A stretch of 64,000 bases of DNA from Azolla caroliniana (taxonomy: Eukaryota; Plantae; Polypodiophyta). The notes under the pieces were generated by a model that ran no database searches, was not told the origin of the DNA, and worked only from the letters and a program-made list of their open reading frames with translations. Below, piece by piece: positions 59,470-64,000 of the stretch (its first letter is position 1; each line of letters starts with the position of its first letter). Where the stretch lies: contig JBHGNT010000010.1 in NCBI GenBank assembly GCA_043228905.1, positions 3,038,001 through 3,102,000 on the forward strand. The letters run 5' to 3'. Both the position numbers and the translations under genes were made by a program.

Positions 59470-61127
59470 ATGCAATTGGATGCATGTGTTGTAAGGTCAA
59501 CACATACACTTAGCTGGATTATGAGTGATTGGTAAACACATGCTCTTTTCTACAACATGTGGGTGATATGTGGTGGTCACATGCTTTTTCCTTGAACACT
59601 TATGTCATGATGTACATGGTCACTATGCATGATTTGTTAGAGAGGGGGGGTGTGACATATGATTTTTGCTAGAGCACATTGTTTGCTCTGCAAGCATCTT
59701 AGTCTTCATTTCTCCTTGATTATGTTTCTCCTATGATAAAATTCCTTCTATGTGGGTGTGATCGGGTGTGATCATGTGCTCTTTGGTAGAGCTTTTGGCA
59801 TACTATGTTGAACTGGTTGTCTTCATCCAATGTCTTTTTCATTGTGATGTTAACATGCACGTATTTATTTGTCCAAGGACATTATTGTTTGAGGGTGCCT
59901 AATGATGATGGTTGAGGGAGGTAAATGTGAACTAAAGGAGAAAAGGAATAAACAAAGGCAAAGGATAGAGGGAGTGAAAAGGAGGAAATAGAGAAGGGGG
60001 TTCCTAGGAGTCCTTAAGTCAGAATTAGGAGGTTTGGCCTTGGGAAAAATAGGTGCTCCCTAGGGATAAAATCGGGGTTCCCTAGGGCGAAATTGAGGGG
60101 TCTTCCGTAGGGGCAATTAAGGAGGGTACGCCTAGAAACAATAATGGATTTGGCCTATGGCCAAGTTGAAAAGGCTTGTACCTTTCCCCCAAAAGGGAAG
60201 GATAAAAAGGCACTTCCAATGCTCGGTTTTTCTCATCGAAAATTCCATCAAGACTATCATAGGAGCAGTTCAATGGTCGAGCATCAATCATCCGGAGCAT
60301 GAGTTGAAATCTTGCCTCCCACGAAACTACCAACAAATAACCTTAAAGTTTCTTAATTGAGGGAAAGTGAGCTTTCCATAGGTTTCATTCTCGGCATACC
60401 AAAGCAAACCTTTGTTATTTTAAACCACATTGAGCAAGAATTATTACAACTCTTCCTAAAATTAGTAAATTCTAGAGAAGTTATCTAGATTAAATCATTG
60501 GAGAATTCAATTCAAATTAAATAAGGTTTACATTATTTAATGAACCTTTTTACGTAGGGTGAGAAGAAATTACAAAAAAAAGAGTTTGGGGCAATATCCT
60601 TGATTTAGTGTGGTGAACCTATGATCAACAACAATGTCACATTGGTCGTCATGGGTCTCACGTCCAACCTCATGATTGCTACCCCGTGATATTCTATGTG
60701 TCATCAAAGCTTAGGTGCTCAATTCCAATACCCCTAAACCCAATAATGAGCTCTCTTTCTTATTAGATAGTGTTTTGGAGCTCTCTCATTCTAGTACATA
60801 TATCAATGTTCATCGTCGGCCAATAGGGAGCTCATCCAGCCATCGCTTTTTCTCGGTGTGTTGATTTCCTTCTCTCTTATGTGGGCTTCTATTCCAACTT
60901 TCTCGCTCTATTAGAAACCAAGATAGGAATCAAAGCTTTATAGTCCCAATGCATATAAGTACGAGGCACAATACTTTAAAAACAGTTCCACCAACCTCTT
61001 TACATTTTCACCCCTCTTTCGAAGCCATTCATGCAAATAGAATTGTCATTGGAGTTAGCGATTGTGAGCTCTACACTTCAACTTTGCTGAAGTTCACATA
61101 TTACTACTTTTGAGTTCTTTGTTCAAT

Positions 61128-61580
61128 GGCAAGAAACAATGACTTCTTGGGTATGCTTCAAGTTGAAGATAAGCTCGATGGGACAAACTACCTGATGTGG
61201 TTGTCCATGACGAAGCATGTTTTTGTTGCAATAAGCAACTATGGTACATAGTGGCAAACGTTGACAAGAAACACGATAGTTCGTCTTTGTTGCTACACTT
61301 TGGCTGCAAAAGGAAATCCAAATATGGATACTTTGAAGGAGCTTATGTCTTTTCTTTTTCTTGATGGAATAGAAGTGGTCTGCTAGAGGGAATGCAAGCA
61401 CTCACTATTACACAAAAAGGGAAGAGTAAGTATGATTCAACTTTGGGTTCATCAAAACCAAAGCTTTGATCTTCCTCTTTCACTTCTTCATGTGTTGATG
61501 GTGATATGCAAAAGAAGAAGACGTGCAAGTATTGTCGAAAGGTTAAATGTAGTATTGATAAATGTAGAAAGAATGCCAAG
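61128..61580 (+). mobile_element. Highly decayed copia gag remnant
   Basis: EDKLDGTNYLMW gag N-terminal motif and a KKTCKYCRK knuckle-like segment. Confidence 0.5.
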
Positions 61581-64000
61581 CATAATGTTTAAAGAAGGAA
61601 TCTAACATTTCTATTGTTGATTGATGTATTACATTGAATTCAAAGAATGATGAAGTTAATGTTGGCCAAGATGTTTGGCATGTGTTGTTACATGTCATTA
61701 TGATTCATCATTACAGTGATTGTGAATGAGGTTGATGCATATTGGTCATTCGTCAAATATGGGTTATGAGTTTAGGGTTACATGTCATTCGTCAAATATG
61801 GAATGAGAATGACCCAATATAACTTCATTGATTGGATAGAATAGGATGACAAGAACACGTTCATGTTGGTGGTGCTCAACAACTTTAAGTGAAGTTCCGG
61901 TTTGGTTGGATCACCTCTGTTTCAAAGAGAGTTAATGCTTTTTCAACATTGTGGTCTTATACTCATCGTTCCAAACCCAAAAACAGGTCATGGAACTTTT
62001 GACTTGAGATCAAATAAAAATTAGACCCATTGAGGGCCTACTTTTTCAACATGTCGTCAATGGATCAAAAGGAATTGGGGACACTTCTTGAAGGCAAAAC
62101 AACACCAATGGTATCGTCAAGAATTGGGATGAAATCAAAGTAGCATGCCAACACGTCAATAAGAGAAGGCAATGGTATAGGGTCATTCAAACAATGGATT
62201 CAACTTCTATAAGAATCTAACTTGGGGATCTCAAGATCGTAAAATATCGCTATGAGTTTGGCTTGTAGTTGTTGATCCGAATAAAAGAAGGAAAAGGAAA
62301 GGTCTAAAAGATGAAAAATCAGTCAAAGTGCAAATTTGGACTCCAACGAATTAAGTAGGTGACTTGATCAAAGACAACATAATCATTACCGAAGCAACCT
62401 GCCAAAATTCTTGTTATAGTCATAACCTTAGGAACCAATTCTAAAGCCTAATTTCAATGGTTTAAGGGTAAGATAAGTGGGAAACCAATTACCTTAGGAA
62501 TTGGGACAAACCCATAATGACCTAGGAGTACAAGGGAGTTTGGGAACCTAAAGATTTGGGCTATATAAAGGGAGTTCTAGCAACCCCCTTTACTACAACA
62601 TCTTGAGATGATGTTGAGATATTGGTGAGGCAAATCTTTCTTCTTTCATGTCCATTCATCTTAACTTCCATGGTTTAACAAAAGGTACTATTCGGTCATA
62701 GTGGATGATGATGATAATATTGAATGTCCATATCTTGTCCTTCATGTACGAATAGTCAATGTGGCCAAGCACCTTTAAACCATTCATTTCTCAATCTAAA
62801 TACTCATTGCTATCATTAATTCTCAACAAGCAAGACAAGAAATAAGATGGAGGATTCAGGAATATGGGAAGACCAAAGAAAATAGGGATAAAGTGGCCAC
62901 AGAAAGGCCAAGACATAAAGAGAGAAAGGAAACAAGATGAATAAGACATCAACAAAGAGTCAAGAAGAAAACCAAAAATAGGGAAGATTTCATTTGAGGA
63001 AGCAAAATTGGCCAAGAATTAAGACTTTGATAAGTTGGGATGGTCTAGTCAATGACACAAGAAGCGTTGTTGAAACTTCATACCACAACTAAATTGTGCT
63101 CAAAGAAGAAAAGACGGCCATATGTTAGACAAAATAAAAGGAGAAAAGGGGGAGGGGGTGGTTAATAAAGTGATGTAGATTGTCACGCTTAAATCAAAAG
63201 AAGATGAGAGAACTCAAAGTACGAGCTTCTTTGAAAAAAATGTGAAAGTGTAAGTCTTAAAAGGAGGTGTGTGTAGAGGAGGGTGAGTTGGAAAAAGAGG
63301 AAAGATTGGTTATCTCCATACAAAGGGGAATCTAGCAAAGATGTTATACATGCCAAAGAGAAACTCAATTGACAATTCAAAAGGGATTGCCAAGGAATTA
63401 TGTACAACATGATATAAGATGTCACAATAGTTAATCAAATTTGCAACACCACGACATAATTATGTATGTCAATTGTTCATTTGGATGGAGACAAAGGAGA
63501 AGGATCGTGTAGTACTCAAACTAGCATTAACGTAAGCATCAGTAGTGCAATTGAACATCAAGTTAGAAATTCATGCAATACTACATTTAGAAGCAACATT
63601 TACCCAATGATAATCAAACATGTGATAGTGTGTAAACATACGAAATTATAATTTGAGTTAGAAATGCACCTCAATCATATCTTAATGTAATCAACATGTG
63701 TGAGAGGAGGATGTGTGCATGCCCATACCTATCAATGAATGTGGAGAAACCTAGAAGTAACCGTCAAGCGGAGTGGACATAGCTTCATTGTTATGTTACA
63801 TTTCTGCCATATCAAGGGATTAAATGTGATCATAACTTCTAGTGTTGTTCTACCAATAAAATATCAACTAGTTAGCTAGTTGGCAGATGTACATCATGCA
63901 AAAATGACAACTAATGAATAAAGCAATGCAAGACAATTGAAAATATATAATGGGAAGGGACACATCCTTCTATGGGACATTCCATCAACAAAATTATAAA

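Overview
A 64-kb transposon-dense plant nuclear region with no intact host protein-coding gene. Element types and a PPR-like fragment suggest a non-seed plant (fern or bryophyte; inference). The left nest (3.4-16.2 kb) holds a small LTR element with tRNA-Arg-derived sequence next to both LTRs, interrupted by an RT-less Ty3/gypsy element (tRNA-Trp PBS, 4-bp TSD) that itself carries a solo LTR. The central nest (25.3-52.8 kb) is five layers deep: L1 LINE > old copia > Trp-PBS gypsy > chromovirus-LTR-derived unit with inverted termini > copia. It also contains one intact young copia element (43458-48904, 1358-aa gag-pol). The flanks contain decayed LINEs, including a 5'-inverted (twin-primed-like) copy with a TSD. 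Strongest leads: (1) the element with tRNA-Arg sites at both ends and no PPT, (2) the inverted-LTR insertion with an integrase-type TSD, (3) tRNA-like Pol III A/B-box modules inside gypsy LTRs, (4) a conserved -1 frameshift/pseudoknot placed after the protease. All comparisons were made by eye; no database searches were run.
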